Shown here one piece after another: positions 24,452 to 36,804 of a DNA stretch of 64,000 nt. Both the position numbers and the translations under genes were made by a program. The DNA is taken from contig OY740795.1 in the NCBI GenBank assembly GCA_963514005.1, forward strand, positions 50,654,001-50,718,000, given 5' to 3'. Numbering within the stretch: the first letter of the stretch is position 1; every line of letters begins with the position of its first letter. Below the pieces are notes generated by a model. The model was not told where the DNA came from and did not search any database. It saw only the letters and a list, made by a program, of their open reading frames with translations. This DNA comes from Raja brachyura (taxonomy: Eukaryota).

Positions 24452-27397
24452 GAAACATAGAAACATAGAAATTAGGTGCAGGAGTAGGCCATTCGGCCCT
24501 TCGAGCCTGCACCGCCATTTAATATGATCATGGCTGATCATCCAACCCAGTATCCCGTACCTGCCTTCTCTCCATACCCTCTGATCTCCTTAGCCACAAG
24601 GGCCACATCTAACTCCCTCTTAAATATAGCCAATGAACTGGCCTCAACTATCCTCTGTGGCAGAGAGTTCCAGAGACCCACCACTCTCTGTGTGAAAAAA
24701 GTCCTTCTCATCTCGGTCCGAAAGGATTTCCCCCTTATCCTTAAGCTGTGACCCCTTGTCCTGGACCTCCCCAGCATCGGGAACAATCTTCCTGCATCTA
24801 GCCTGGATGCTTAAGAATTTTGTAAGTTTCTATAAGATCCCCTCACAATCTCCTAAATTCTAGAGAGTATAAACCGAGTCTATGCAGTCTTTGTTCATAA
24901 GACAGTCCTGATATCCCAGGAATCAGTCTGGTGAACCTTCGCTGCACTCCCTCTATGGCAATAATGTCCTTCCTCAGATATGGAGACCAGAACTGTACGC
25001 AATACTCCAGGTGTGGTCTCACCAAGACCCTATACAACTGAAGTAGAGCCTCCCTGCTCCTATACTCAAATCCTTTTGCTATGAAAGCTAACATACTTTC
25101 TTCACTTTCTTCACTGCCTGCTGCACCTGCATGCCTACTTTCAATGACTGGTGTACTATGACACCCAGGTCACGCTGCATCTCCCCTTTTCCTAATCGGC
25201 CTCCATTTAGATAATAGTCTGTTTTCCTATTTTTGCCACCAAAGTGGATAACCTCACATTTATCCACATTATACTGCATCTGCCAAACATTTGCCCACTC
25301 ACCCAGCCTATCCAAGTCACCTTGCAGTCTCCTAGCATCCTCATCACAGCTAACACTGCCCCCCAGCTTAGTGTCATCCGCAAACTTGGAGATATTGCCT
25401 TCAATTCCCTCATCCAGATCATTAATGTATATTGTAAATAGCTGGGGTCCCAGCACTGAGCCTTGCGGTACCCCACTAGTCACTGCCTGCCATTGTGAAA
25501 ACGACCCGTTTACTCCTACTCTTTGCTTCCTGTTTGCCAGCCAATTCTCTATCCACATCAATACTGAACCCCCAATGCCGTATGCTTTAAGTTTATATAC
25601 TAATCTCTTATGTGGGACCTTGTCGAAAGCCTTCTGGAAGTCCAGATACACCACATCCACTGGTTCTCCCCTATCCACGCTACTAGTTACATCCTCGAAA
25701 AATTCCACAAGATTCGTCAGGCATGATTTACCTTTCATAAATCCATGCTGACTTTGTCCAATGATTTCACCACTTTCCAAATGTGCTGCTATCCCATCTT
25801 TAATAACTGACTCTAGCAGTTTCCCCACTACCGATGTTAGACTAACTGGTCTGTAATTCCCTGTTTTCTCTCTCCCCCCCTTCTTAAAAAGAGGGGTTAC
25901 GTTTGCTACTCACCAATCCTCAGGAACTACTCCAGAATCTAAAGAGTTTTGAAAGATTATCACTAATGCATCCACTATTTCCGGAGCTACTTCCTTAAGT
26001 ACTCTGGGATGCAGCCTATCTGGCCCTGGGGATTTATCGGCCTTTAATCCATTCAATTTACCCAACACCACTTCCCGACTAACCTGGATTTCACTCAAGT
26101 CCTCCTTTGACCCGCGGTCCCCTGCTATTTCCGGCAGATTATTTATGTCTTCCTTAATGAAGACGGAACCAAAGTAGTTATTCAATTGGTCTGCCATATC
26201 CTTGTTCCCCATGATCAACTCACCTGTTTCTGACTGCAAAGGACCTACATTTGTTTTAACTAATCTCTTTCTCTTCACATATCTATAAAAACTTTTGCAG
26301 TCAGTTTTTATGTTCCCTGCCAGTTTTCTTTCATGATCTATTTTTCCTTTCCTAATCAAGCCCGTTGTCCTCCTCTGCTGGTCTCTGAATTTCTCCCAGT
26401 CCTCTGGTATGCTGCTTTTTCTGGCTACTTTGTACGCATCATCCTTTGCTTTGATACTATCCCTGATTTCCCTTGTTATCCACGGATGCACTACCTTCCC
26501 TGATCTATTCTTTTGCCAAACTGGGATGAACAATTTTTGTAGTTCATCCATGCAGTCTTTAAATGTCTTCCATTGCGTATCCACCGTCAACCCTTTTAGA
26601 ATTGATTGCCAGTCAATCTTGGCCAATTCACGTCTCATACCCTCAAAGTTACCTTTCCTTAAGTTCAGAACCATTGTTTCTGAATTAACAATGTCACTCT
26701 CCATCCTAATGAAGAACTCAACCATATTATGGTCACTCTTGCCCAAGGGGACATGCACAATAAGACTGCTAACTAACCCTTCCTCATTACTCAATACCCA
26801 GTCTAAAATAGCCTGCTCTCTCGTTGGTTCCTCTACGTGTTGATTTAGATAACTATCCCACATACTTTCCAAAAAATCCTCTTCCTCAGCGCCCCTGCCA
26901 ATTTGATTCACCCAATCTATATGTAGATTGAAGTCACCCATTATAACTGTTTTGCCTTTGTCGCACGCATTTCTAATTTCCTGTTTGATACCATCCCCAA
27001 CTTCACTACTAGTTAGGTGGCCTGTACACAACTCCCACTAGCGTTTTCTGCCCCTTAGTGTTTCGCAGCTCTACCCATACCGATTCCACATGCTCCAAGC
27101 TAATGTCCTTCCTTTCCATTGCGTTAATCTCCTCTCTAACCAGCAACGCTACCCCACCTCCTTTTCCTTTCTCTCTATCCCTCCTGAATATTGAATATCC
27201 CTGGATGTTCAGCTCCCAGCCTTGGTCACCCTGGAGCCATGTCTCCGTGATCCCAACTATATCATACTCATTAATAGCTATCTGCACGTTCAACTCATCC
27301 ACCTTATTACGAATACTCCTTGCATTGAGACACAAAGCCTTCAGGCTTGTTTTTACAACGCTCTTACCCCTTTTACAATTTTGTTGAGAGGTGGCCC
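24452..27397 (-). mobile_element. Young 5'-truncated CR1 with nearly complete ORF2 (APE endonuclease plus RT), a few frameshifts
   Basis: CLNARSIRNK, ITETWL, MGDFN, SDHN (endonuclease); YLDFQKAFDKVPH, GVPQGSVLGP, FADD (RT); (ATGTTTCT)n tail; near-identical to 52810-55694. Confidence 0.95.
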
Positions 27398-28048
27398 GTT
27401 TAAACCAACACCTGCAGTTCCTTCCTAAACATTTCTATTATTAGTTGTATTTCAAGAGTCAATATGTATTAATATGTTGGGGTTATGTGAATGTGAGGAA
27501 AATTTCAAAATTAGCAAGAAGCTAACCTAAGCTAACCAATCTTGAAGATATGGTCATCTGTAAGGAAGACAGTTATCGGCAGCAAGTGAACATAGTAAAG
27601 CCCCTGTCCCACTTTCACGAACTAATTGGAGACCTCTGCCAAGTTTGCCCTTGGCTCATACTCGCAGCATGGTCGCCACGAGCTCGTAGGAGGTCGTAGG
27701 AGTGGTCTCCGCCTACACGTGGCCTCAGGTAGGTCGCGGCGTTTTTTCCAGTCTGATAAAAAATGTCCACGAGTAAAAAAAAGGTCAGCATGGAAAAAAT
27801 TGATACTTTTTACTCGTAGGTAGGTCGTAGGTATGTCGTAGTAGGTCGTGATGGTAGTCATAGGTAGTCACAGGTAGTCATCGGTCAGTAACTGGCCCGA
27901 GAAATAAAAAAGCAAACATGACATCATTTCATCATGTGATCATTTTCCACTCGTAGCTGGTCGTGGTCGGTCTTGGGTATGGAAGACTGAGGTCGAGGGG
28001 GGTCATAGACATGGTCTTAGGAGGTCGTAGACATAGTCGTAGGAGGTC

Positions 28049-29561
28049 ATAGAAACATAGAAACATAGAAAATAGGTGTAGGAGTTGGCCATTCGGCCCT
28101 TCGAGCCTGCACCGCCATTCAATTTGATCATGGCTGATCATCCAACTCAGTATCCTGTACCTGCCTTCTCTCCATACCCCCTGATCGCTTTAGCCACAAG
28201 GGCCACATCTAACTCCCTCTTAAATATAGCCAATGAACTGGCCTCAACTACCTTCTGTGACAGAGAATTCCACAGATTCACCACTCTCTGTGTGAAAAAT
28301 GATTTTCTCATCTCGGTCCTAAATGACTTCCCCATTATCCTTAAACTGTGACCCCTTGTTCTGGACTTCCCCAACATCGGGAATATTCTTACTGCATCTA
28401 GCCTGTCCAACCCCTTAAGAATTTTGTAAGTTTCTATAAGATCCCCCTTCAATCGTCTATATTCCAGCGAGTACAAGCCAAGTCTATCCAGTCTTTCTTC
28501 ATATGGAAGTCCTGCCATCCTAGGAATCAGTCTAGTGAACCTTCTCTGTACTCCCTCTATGGCAAGAATGTATTTTCCTTAGATTAGAAGACCAAACTGT
28601 ACGCAATACTCCAGGTGTGGCCTCACCAAGACCCTGTACAACTGCAGGAGAACTGCCCTGCTCTTGTACTCAAATCCTTGTGCTATGAATGCCAACATAC
28701 CATTCGCTTTCTTCACTGCCTGCTGCACCTGCATGCCTACTTTCAATGACTGGTGTACCATGACACCTAGGTCTTGTTGCATCTACTCTTTTCCTAATCG
28801 GCCACCATTCAGATAATAGTCTACTTTCCTGTTTTTGCCACCAAAGTGGATAACCTCACATTTATCCACATTATCCACATAAGGGACAGAAGTTTAGGGG
28901 TAACATGAGGGGGAACTTCTTTACTCAGAGAGTGGTGGCTGTGTGGAATGATCTTCCAGCAAAAGTGGTGGAGGCAGGATCAATTTTAACATTTAAAAGT
29001 AAAGTGGATAGGTATATGGACGGGAAGGGAATGGAGGGGTATGGTCTGAGTGCAGGTAGATGGGACTAGGGGAAAATAAATGGTCGGCACGGACTGGAAG
29101 GGCCGAGCAGGCCTGTTTCCGTGCTGTAATTGTTATATGGTTATATGGTTATACTGCATCTGCCATGCATTTGCCCATTCACCCAACCTATCCAAGTCAT
29201 CTTGCAGCCTCCTAGCATCCTCCTCACAGCTAACACTGCGCCCCAGCATCGTGTCATCCGCTAACTTGGAGATGTTGCATTCAATTCCCTCATCCAGATC
29301 ATTAATATATATTGTAAATAGCTGTGGTCCCAGCACTGAGCCTTGCGGTACCCCACTAGTCACTGCCTGCCATTCTGAAAATGTCCATTTACCCCTACTC
29401 TTTGCTTCCTGTCTGGCAGCCAGTTCTCTATCCACATCAATATTGAACCACCAATACCGTGTGCTTTAAGTTTATATACTAATCTCTTATGTGGGACCTT
29501 GTCGTAAGCCTTCTGAAAGTCCAGATATAACACATCCACTGGTTCTCCCTTATCCACTCTA
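28049..29561 (-). mobile_element. 5'-truncated CR1 (RT C-terminal half) inserted in the MITE
   Basis: YLDFQKAYDKVPH, GVPQGSVLGP, LADD; (ATGTTTCT)n tail; TSD GTCGTAGGAGGTC at 28036-28048 and 29563-29575. Confidence 0.9.
28880..29148 (+). mobile_element. CR1 3' end ((TTATATGG)n subfamily) nested in the previous CR1
   Basis: Near-identical to 48623-48890; host sequence TTATCCACAT|TATACTGCATC is split. Confidence 0.9.
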
Positions 29562-30127
29562 GGTCGTAGGAGGTCTTTTACTTCGGCGAGTCTACACGAC
29601 CTTGACATTTTTTTCAACTCGTCTTGGGCCTTCTAAACTCGTAGATTAGGTTGTCCAAGTGGGACAGGCCCTTAAGGCTGGAAAGTGAGCAGATGAGTAG
29701 TAGATACAGAGAAACCAGAGGAGATTTTCTCCTCGCAGAAAGAGCTGGAAATGATAATACATGCTAACGATAGTACTTTGCTAAAAGTGTGCAGGTGCTG
29801 AGAAACCATATGTATATTGTATTAAACATAGCAAACAGAAGGACATGTTGAGAAGAAGTTAACAAAAATATGGGATCCTAGAAAACTGGAGCCTCCTCTC
29901 TCCCATGTACCGTAGCTAAAAGTCAAAGTCAAAGTCAATTATATTTGTCACATACACCCGAAGGTGCAGTGAAATGAATTTAGAATTTAAATTAGAAATT
30001 AATCTCCTTTCTTCAAATGGCAGGTTAAGTTTCAAAAAGACTGTTTGAACAAACCATTACTGTTGACTAAATGCACCCACTTTCACTTTACAAGATGCAA
30101 GTTGAGTTTATGGCTATTGTCAAGTAA

Positions 30128-30373
30128 AGGTCCTGTCCCACTTGGGTGTCATTTGCGTGTCATATACGCGGCATCATTTACGCGTTACGATGCACAACAC
30201 GCTCGTCGTGAAGCGCACGTGATGTGCGCATGGGGTGCATTACGTGTGCATGGTGCTTGGTGAAATAGGCAGTGGCACGCGGTTGTGCACGGCGCCCCAG
30301 GATTTTGGGATTCACAAAGTCTTCGCGCGTCACCTGTGTGAAGCGCAAATGATGCCCAAGTGGGACAGGCCCT
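30128..30373. mobile_element. Harbinger-type MITE, interior type D
   Basis: AGGTCCTGTCCCACTTGGG...CCCAAGTGGGACAGGCCCT; TAA TSD; interior similar to 63305-63523. Confidence 0.9.
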
Positions 30374-30642
30374 TAACTCTAGCTGTTCATTGTATTGGTC
30401 CCATGCTATTCTCAGTGGCCAACTACTGCAACACGCAGGAGGCATGAAGCTGAAGTGCATTAGAAACAGAAGGGGCAACTGCACTGCGGATGATAATCCT
30501 TCTGTCCTTTGCCACCCCAAAGTGTTTATCTGTTTCATTATGGAATGAGCACAAGGTAAAATTCATATATGGTTATGTTAAACAACCATTATGTTAAACC
30601 ACCGTTTGAACAAAATATTGAAAAAAAAATGTTTTAAAAATA

Positions 30643-30949
30643 TTTTAGAGATACAGCGCGGAAACGGGAAATGGCCACCACGTCCGCGCCGACCAGTGAT
30701 CCCCACACATTAACACTATCCTACACACACTAAGGGCATTTTTTTGTACATTTACCAAGCCAAATAACCTACAAACCCGTATGTCTTTGGAATGTGTGAG
30801 GAAACCGAAGATCTCGGAGAAAACCAAAGCAAGTCATGGGGAGAACGTACAAACTCCGTACGGACAGCACCCGTAGTCGGGATCGAACCCGCATCTCCGG
30901 CGCCGCAAGCGCTGTAAGGCAGCAACTCTACCGCTGCGCCACCGTGCCG
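30643..30949 (-). mobile_element. tRNA-derived V-SINE
   Basis: Minus strand CGGCACGGTGGCGCAGCGGTAGAGTTGC...GGTTCGATCCCGAC...GGAGTTTGTACGTTCTCCCC. Confidence 0.9.
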
Positions 30950-31244
30950 CGTTTTTACTTTCCTTTTCTTTAAATGTTCAATTAGTGTCTTAGATTGATA
31001 GAGTGATGCAGTACAGAAACAAGCCATTCGGCCCAACAAGATAATGCCAACCATCAAGCATCCATCTACACTAATCCTACCGTAAAATCATTTTATTCTC
31101 CCTTCGTTCCTGAAAACCTTTCTAAATTCTACCACTCACCTACACACCAAGAACAACATAGAGTGGATAATTAACCTGTCAAGCAATTTTAAAAAGCTTT
31201 AACACCAATGTGAGATTTTTTTAAATTCGGCAAGATTTGATGTG

Positions 31245-31425
31245 GATTTAAGAGAGAGTTGGATAGAGCTCTCGGGGCTAGTGGAGTCAAGGGATATGGG
31301 GAGAAGGCAGGCACGGGTTATTGATAGCGGACGATCAGCCATGATCACAATGAATGGCGGTGATGGCTCGAAGGGCCGAATGGCCTCCTCCTGCACCTAT
31401 TTTCTATGTTTCTATGTTTCTATGA
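31245..31425 (+). mobile_element. CR1 3' end
   Basis: GGGATATGGGGAGAAGGCAGG...GAAGGGCCGAATGGCCT...(TTTCTATG)3. Confidence 0.85.
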
Positions 31426-32014
31426 TGTCTATCTCTGCCTTCCTCACCAGAAAATAATTAAACCAAACCCTCCATTCTGGGATAAGCAAAGAGAAATTCC
31501 CAAGGAAAAAGTTTGTAGAGGGTGACTTAGAGAAGAGACGTGATTCTTTATCAAGGTATGCGTTAATGGACCATTGGAAATGTTAGGACATGCCACAGAC
31601 AGAAACAGTTGTACCAGCTGGGTAATTTGGAGTCAGGAATGCCTTGCGGGTTAGAAGGCAGTTTATGAGGGCTGGGTACACACATACAATACACACATTA
31701 GATACACACATTACACATTGTGGGTAGAGTTAAGAAACTGCAAGGATTAAAATACCCTGTTGGAAGTTATATATGGGCCTACAAACCGTAGCTAGGATGT
31801 AGGCTACAAATTATATCAGGAGATACAATCAGCATGTAAGCAAATATTAAGCAATATTACAGTGGTCATAGGAGATTTCAATATACAGGTAGACTGGGAA
31901 AATCAGGTTGGTACTGGACCCTAAGAGATGGAATTTGTCGAGTGCCTATGGGATGGCGTCTTAGAGCAACTTGTTGTCGAGCCTTCTAGGAAAAAGGTAA
32001 ATCTGGATTTGGTA

Positions 32015-32136
32015 GGCAAAAATGCTGGAGTAACTCAGCGGGTGAGGCAGCATCTATGGAGCGAAGGAAATAGGCAACGTTTCGGGCTGAAACCCTTCTT
32101 CAGACTTTTCTTCAAAAACCATTTCTTCAGAAGAAG
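32015..32136 (-). mobile_element. Solo PLE pLTR with hammerhead core (32076-32103)
   Basis: Minus strand CTGAAGAAGGGTTTCAGCCCGAAACGTTGCC; 16-bp TSD AAATCTGGATTTGGTA (31999-32014, 32137-32152). Confidence 0.85.
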
Positions 32137-32617
32137 AAATCTGGATTTGGTAATGAACCGGATTTGATTAGAAAGCTTATGGTAAAGGGATCCCTTGAAG
32201 GTCGTTATCATCTATATTACTAAAAGTCTGATCTTGACCGGTTTTAGCTCACTGTGCTGTGATTTCTGAGAGAACGCTGCCACCTACGGCCGTCATCTTT
32301 GTCCAGCTCGCACAGGGCACCCCTCCCCCTTCCGGGACCAGAGGATTTTTCCCATAGATGAAAAATCATATATTTTTCATATGTTAATATATAAATGTTA
32401 ATATTAATGTTATTTAACAAATTCCCCACTCTCTCTGCTGCCCCTGCTGGAGGGAGGGGGAGGGACTATAAAACCAAGAAGTGGTGTGCCTCACTCAGTC
32501 TCTGCAAGATGAAGGAACAAGAGGGTCACGTCTCTCTGAGCTCTGAATAGTACTGGACACATGTCTACTCAACTGTGAGTGCCCTTAATGTGGTTTGAAA
32601 ATGAAAATATGGTTGGT

Positions 32618-32853
32618 TTGAAGTAAAAAGGCACTGCCTGCAAATGTTTGTTTGGGTGCTTTGGCTTGAAGTGAAAAAGCACTGCCTGCAAATGGTGGCT
32701 TGGGTGCTTTGGCTTGAAGTGAAAAGGCACTACTGAAAATGGTGGCTTGGGGGCTTTGGCTTGAAGTAAAAAGGCAATACTGCAAATGGTGGCTTGGGGG
32801 TTTAGGCTTGAAGTGAAAAGGCACGACTGCAAATGGTGGCTTGGATGCTTTGG
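32618..32853. repeat. 48-bp minisatellite A (~5 units) in Helitron
   Basis: GCACTGCCTGCAAATGGTGGCTTGGGTGCTTTGGCTTGAAGTGAAAAG at 32631, 32679, 32727... Confidence 0.9.
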
Positions 32854-33217
32854 CTAATTTCCTGTTTGCACTGCAAATTGATTTTAGATAAAACACTACC
32901 ACTTACGGCTGTGATTTTTGGCTATCTTACTCAGCCCCCCTCTGCTGAGCAGGTGCAGAGGATTCTTCCCATCAATTAAAAATAAAAGTGTCATTAGTGT
33001 TTAAAAAATGTTGAGAATCTCTGTCCTGTCATGAAGGCCACACCTTTTCCGGTGGGAGGGGGAGAGATTATGAAACCCGGAAGTGTGGGTGTGGCTCAGT
33101 CTCTGTATGATGGGGGAGGGAGAGGTCACGACTCTGTCTGAGCTGTGAATAAACTGAACACACTGAATGTCTACTGAACTGTGTGTTTGGTGTTTTGTGT
33201 GATTTTATGGTGGTTTC

Positions 33218-33482
33218 ACCCTGCTTGAAATGGTATGAAACTGCATTTGAATGAGGTGGCCTTGCACCCTGCATGAAGTGGTATGAAACTGCACTTGAAT
33301 TTAGTGGCCTTGCACCCTGCTTGAAGTGGTATGAAACTGCACTTGAATTTGATGGACTTGCACCCTGCTTGAAGTGGTATGAAACTGCACTTGAATTCGC
33401 TGGCCTTGGCTCCAGCTTGAAGTGTTATGAGACTGCACTTGAATTTGGTGGCCTTGCACCCTGCTTGAAATGGAATTTCAAG
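33218..33482. repeat. 48-bp minisatellite B (~5.5 units) in Helitron
   Basis: GGTATGAAACTGCACTTGAATTTGGTGGCCTTGCACCCTGCTTGAAGT at 33232, 33280, 33328... Confidence 0.9.
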
Positions 33483-34304
33483 GAATAGCCATGAGTCAAC
33501 TGCCAGCCCACCAGCCATGAGTGAGCTGCCAGCACATTAGGCTTGAGGGACTGAGCTGCCACCCAAGAACCCATACCAGCGCTCCAGAAAGCCCCCCCAC
33601 TGGCCACCAATATTGGAATTGGTGGAGAGGTGGAATATTGCATGGGGGGACCAGCCCTCCCATGTGAACATGGGACCCAACGAGTCCCACTTAGTCTAGT
33701 AATATGATAAAATTCAACCTGCAGTTTGAGATGGAGAAGATTAAATCAGATATGTTGGTATTACTGTTGAGTAAAGGTGACAACAGAGGCATGAGGGAGG
33801 GGCTGGCTAAAGTTGATTGAAAAGGGACCCTAGCAGGAATGACAGTGGAACAGCAATGGCAGGATTTTCTGGGAGTAATTCGATAGACGCAGGATCATTT
33901 CACCCAAAGAGGAAGAAAGATACTAAGGGAAGAATGATACGACTGTGGCTGACAAAGGAATTCAAAGACAGCATAAATTAGAAGAGAAAGCATATAATAT
34001 TCCAAAGGTTGGTGTGAAGCTAGAGGATTGGGGAGCTTTTTAAAATCCAACATAAGACAATTAAAAATGCAGTAAGTGGAGAAAAGATGAAATATGAAGG
34101 GAAGATAGCCAATAATATTATGGAGGATACGAACATTTTCTTCAGATATATAAAGAGTAAAGGAGAGTCAAGAATGACCATTGTACCACTAAAAAAATAT
34201 GCTGGGAAAATAATAATGGGGAATAAGGAAATGGCTGACAAATCTATTACCTTTTATGTGCCAGTCTTCATGGCAGAACTGGCCAGAAATTGTAAAGGGG
34301 TTCA

Positions 34305-35119
34305 AAGTCAAAGTCAAAGTCAATTTTATTCTCCACATGCACCCGAAGGTGCAGTGAAATGAATTTGCCAGCAGCGCTACACTTAACAAGGACACACAAT
34401 ACACAATAACATTTAACACAAATATCCATCACAGCATTCTTCACTGTGGTGGAAGGCAACAAAGATCAGCCAGTCCTTTTCCTTGTTCACCCGTGGTCGG
34501 GGCCATTAACCCTCCGTAGTCGCCGCTACGGACGGCCCGATGTACAGGCCCGTCCGGCGTCGGGACGATCGAACAGACTCCGCGGCTTGGAGATCCAGAA
34601 TCGGCACTTTCCTACCGGAGACTGCGGCTTCAGGATGATATATGCCGCATGCTGGTGGTCGGAGCTCTACTCTGGCAATCCCCGGCGAGGGATCCCAGGC
34701 TCCGGATGGTAATTCCATGTCCTGTCAGCGTCCCGCCCGCGGCTAGAAGCTCCGTAGCCCACAGTCCCATGATGCCAAAGTCACCAGGCTAGCCATCGGA
34801 GATCTCCTCTCTGGCAAACCCCGACAAGGATTCGCCTGCTGCACGATGGAAAGTCCATGCTGCGCCTGTTGACGATGCTCCGGGCCCGACTCTGGGAAAG
34901 GCCGCTCCAATCCATGGCTCGAGGGCGGCGACATGGAAAAATTTGCCTCTCCATGGTGAAGGCAGCCGAAAACGGTTCCCCCTTTCCCCTCCCCACCACC
35001 CCCCACACAAGGCACACCGAGAGACACCCAAACCAACATTAGACACACCAAAAGAAACAAAAAAAGTAGAAATAGCGAACACGCTGCTGGCAGGGCAGCC
35101 GACTCGCAGCGCCCCCACC
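34305..35119 (-). mobile_element. GC-rich non-autonomous retroposon with (TTTGAC)n tail
   Basis: AAAGTCAAAGTCAAAGTCAATTTTATT...GAAGGTGCAGTGAAATGAATTT tail (also alone at ~29918-29980); GC-rich 5' end; no coding potential. Confidence 0.6.
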
Positions 35120-36804
35120 GAGTTTTGGGAAAAGTTAGTCGAGAGCTATCAAAAAGGAGAAGGTATATGGGAAGCTGAAAGATCTGAAGGTGGGTAAGTC
35201 ACCTGGGTCAGATGGACCACTCCCATGGGTCCAAAAGAGGTTGCTTTAGAAATTCTGGAGGCATTAGCAGTGATCTTTCTGGAATCACTAGAGTCAGGAA
35301 TGGTCCCAGAGAATTGGAAAATTGCAAATGTTACTCCACTGCTCAAGAAAGGAGCAAGGCAAAAGAGGGGTGGCTGGTTGCCTGCCAGGGACTAGTGGTG
35401 TTTTGCACAGCTCATTGTTCGGTCCACTACTTTACACGTTGTATATCAATGATCTTCATATGAGGATTGAAGGATTTGTGGTCAAGTTTGCAGATGACAC
35501 GAGAATAAGTTTAGGGGCAGGATGTGTAGAGAAAGCACGAAGTCTGCAGAAGGATTTGGACAGATTGGGAGAGTGGGCAAGGAAGTGACAGATGGAATAC
35601 AGCATAACAAAGTGTGGAGTCATGCATTTTGGTAGGAGGAATAAAGGCATAAATTATTTTATAAATGGGGAGAAAATTCTGAAATTGAAGTTGGATTTGG
35701 GAGCGCTGGTGCAAGATTCCCAAATGGTTAATTTGCAGGTTAAATCTGTAAGAAGGCAGGCAAATGCAATGTTAGCATTCATTTTGAGAGGACGAGAATA
35801 GAAAATCAAGAATGTAATGTTGAGGCTTTATAAGGCACTGGTCAGATCTCATTTGGCGTATTGTAAGCAGGTTTGGGGCCCCATATCTGAGGAATGATGT
35901 ACTGAAATTGGCGAGAATCCAGAGGACGTTTAAGAGAATGATCCCAGGGATGATCAGGTTACCATATGATGAGCATGTGATGGCTCTGGGCCTGTACTCA
36001 CTGGAGTTTAGATGGATGAGAGGAGATCTCATTGAAACTTCCCAAACAGTGTAAGGCCTGGATAGAATGGATGTCGATAGGATGCTTCCACTAGTGGGAG
36101 AGTCTAGGACCAGAGGGCACAGCCTCAGGATGTACCTTTAGAAAGGGGATTTGGAGGAATTTATTTAGGCAGAGGGTGGTGAATCTGTGGAATTCATTGC
36201 CACAGCCAACTGCGGAGACCAAGTCGTTGGGTATTTTTAAAGCAGAGACAGGCATTCTCTTGATTAGCAAGGATGGCAAAGGTTATGGGGACAAGGCAGG
36301 AGAATGGAGTTGAGAGGGAAACATGAATCAGCCATGGTTGAATGGCCTAATTCTGCTCCTGTGACATAAACATGTAAATGCCCATCATTCCCATGCTACA
36401 TCAATAAGGAGCATTCAATATTGACCCCACAAGTTGACAATTGCATAAGTGCTGCTCACCTCATCAGCAAGCTCCAGCTCCCCATGTTTTGTTTTACAAG
36501 CAGGGTTCCTTCATTTATCAGTAAAGCACCTGAAACATCCCACCTTGCTTAATTCACCACTTCACTTCACTTCACTTCACTTTGGTTTGGTTTAGTTTAG
36601 TTTAGTTTAGTTTTGTTTATTATTGTACTGAGGTACAGTGAAAAACTTTTGTTTGCATGCTATCCAGTCAAAGAAAAGACAATACATGGATACAATCAAG
36701 TCATCCACAGTGCGCAGATAAAGAATAAAGGGTGCAAAATTTATGCATCATCTAACATTGAAATTTGATAAGGTCTGATTAATGATGGTTCGGAGGTCTC
36801 CAAT

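Larger units (their letters stand above)
27599..29672. mobile_element. Harbinger-type MITE (type A) containing nested CR1 insertions
   Basis: AGCCCCTGTCCCACTT...AAGTGGGACAGGCCCT with TAA TSD (27596-27598, 29673-29675). Confidence 0.85.
32211..33699 (+). mobile_element. Complete non-autonomous Helitron
   Basis: 5' TCTATATTACTAAAAG; 3' hairpin TGGGAC-CCAACGA-GTCCCA then TTAGTCTAG; inserted between A(32210) and T(33700) with no TSD, and host CR1 TATCA|TAATATG is restored on removal. Confidence 0.9.
31500..36370 (+). mobile_element. Old CR1 ORF2 remnant hosting a pLTR, a Helitron and a non-autonomous retroposon
   Basis: IGDFN-like GGTCATAGGAGATTTCAAT; SDHN-like TATCA|TAATATG split by the Helitron; KFADDT...LQKDLDRLGEWA; 3' end near 36360. 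Confidence 0.8.

Noticed and set aside
25233-25751. 172-aa antisense ORF, also at 54393..54911
   Set aside because: Shadow frame opposite the CR1 RT; it recurs only because the two CR1 copies are near-identical.
30860-30949. tRNA-like heads as tRNA genes (also 6360-6437, 46335-46390, 47490-47555)
   Set aside because: A/B boxes run straight into V-SINE bodies and CR1-type tails; no complete cloverleaf.
32569-33518. Repetitive ORFs (e.g. KCSFIPLQAGCKAT repeats)
   Set aside because: By-products of 48-bp minisatellites whose length is a multiple of 3; no domain motif.
36559-36616. (CACTT)n-(GGTTT)n-(AGTTT)n compound microsatellite
   Set aside because: It is the expanded 3' tail of the adjacent Rex1-type element.
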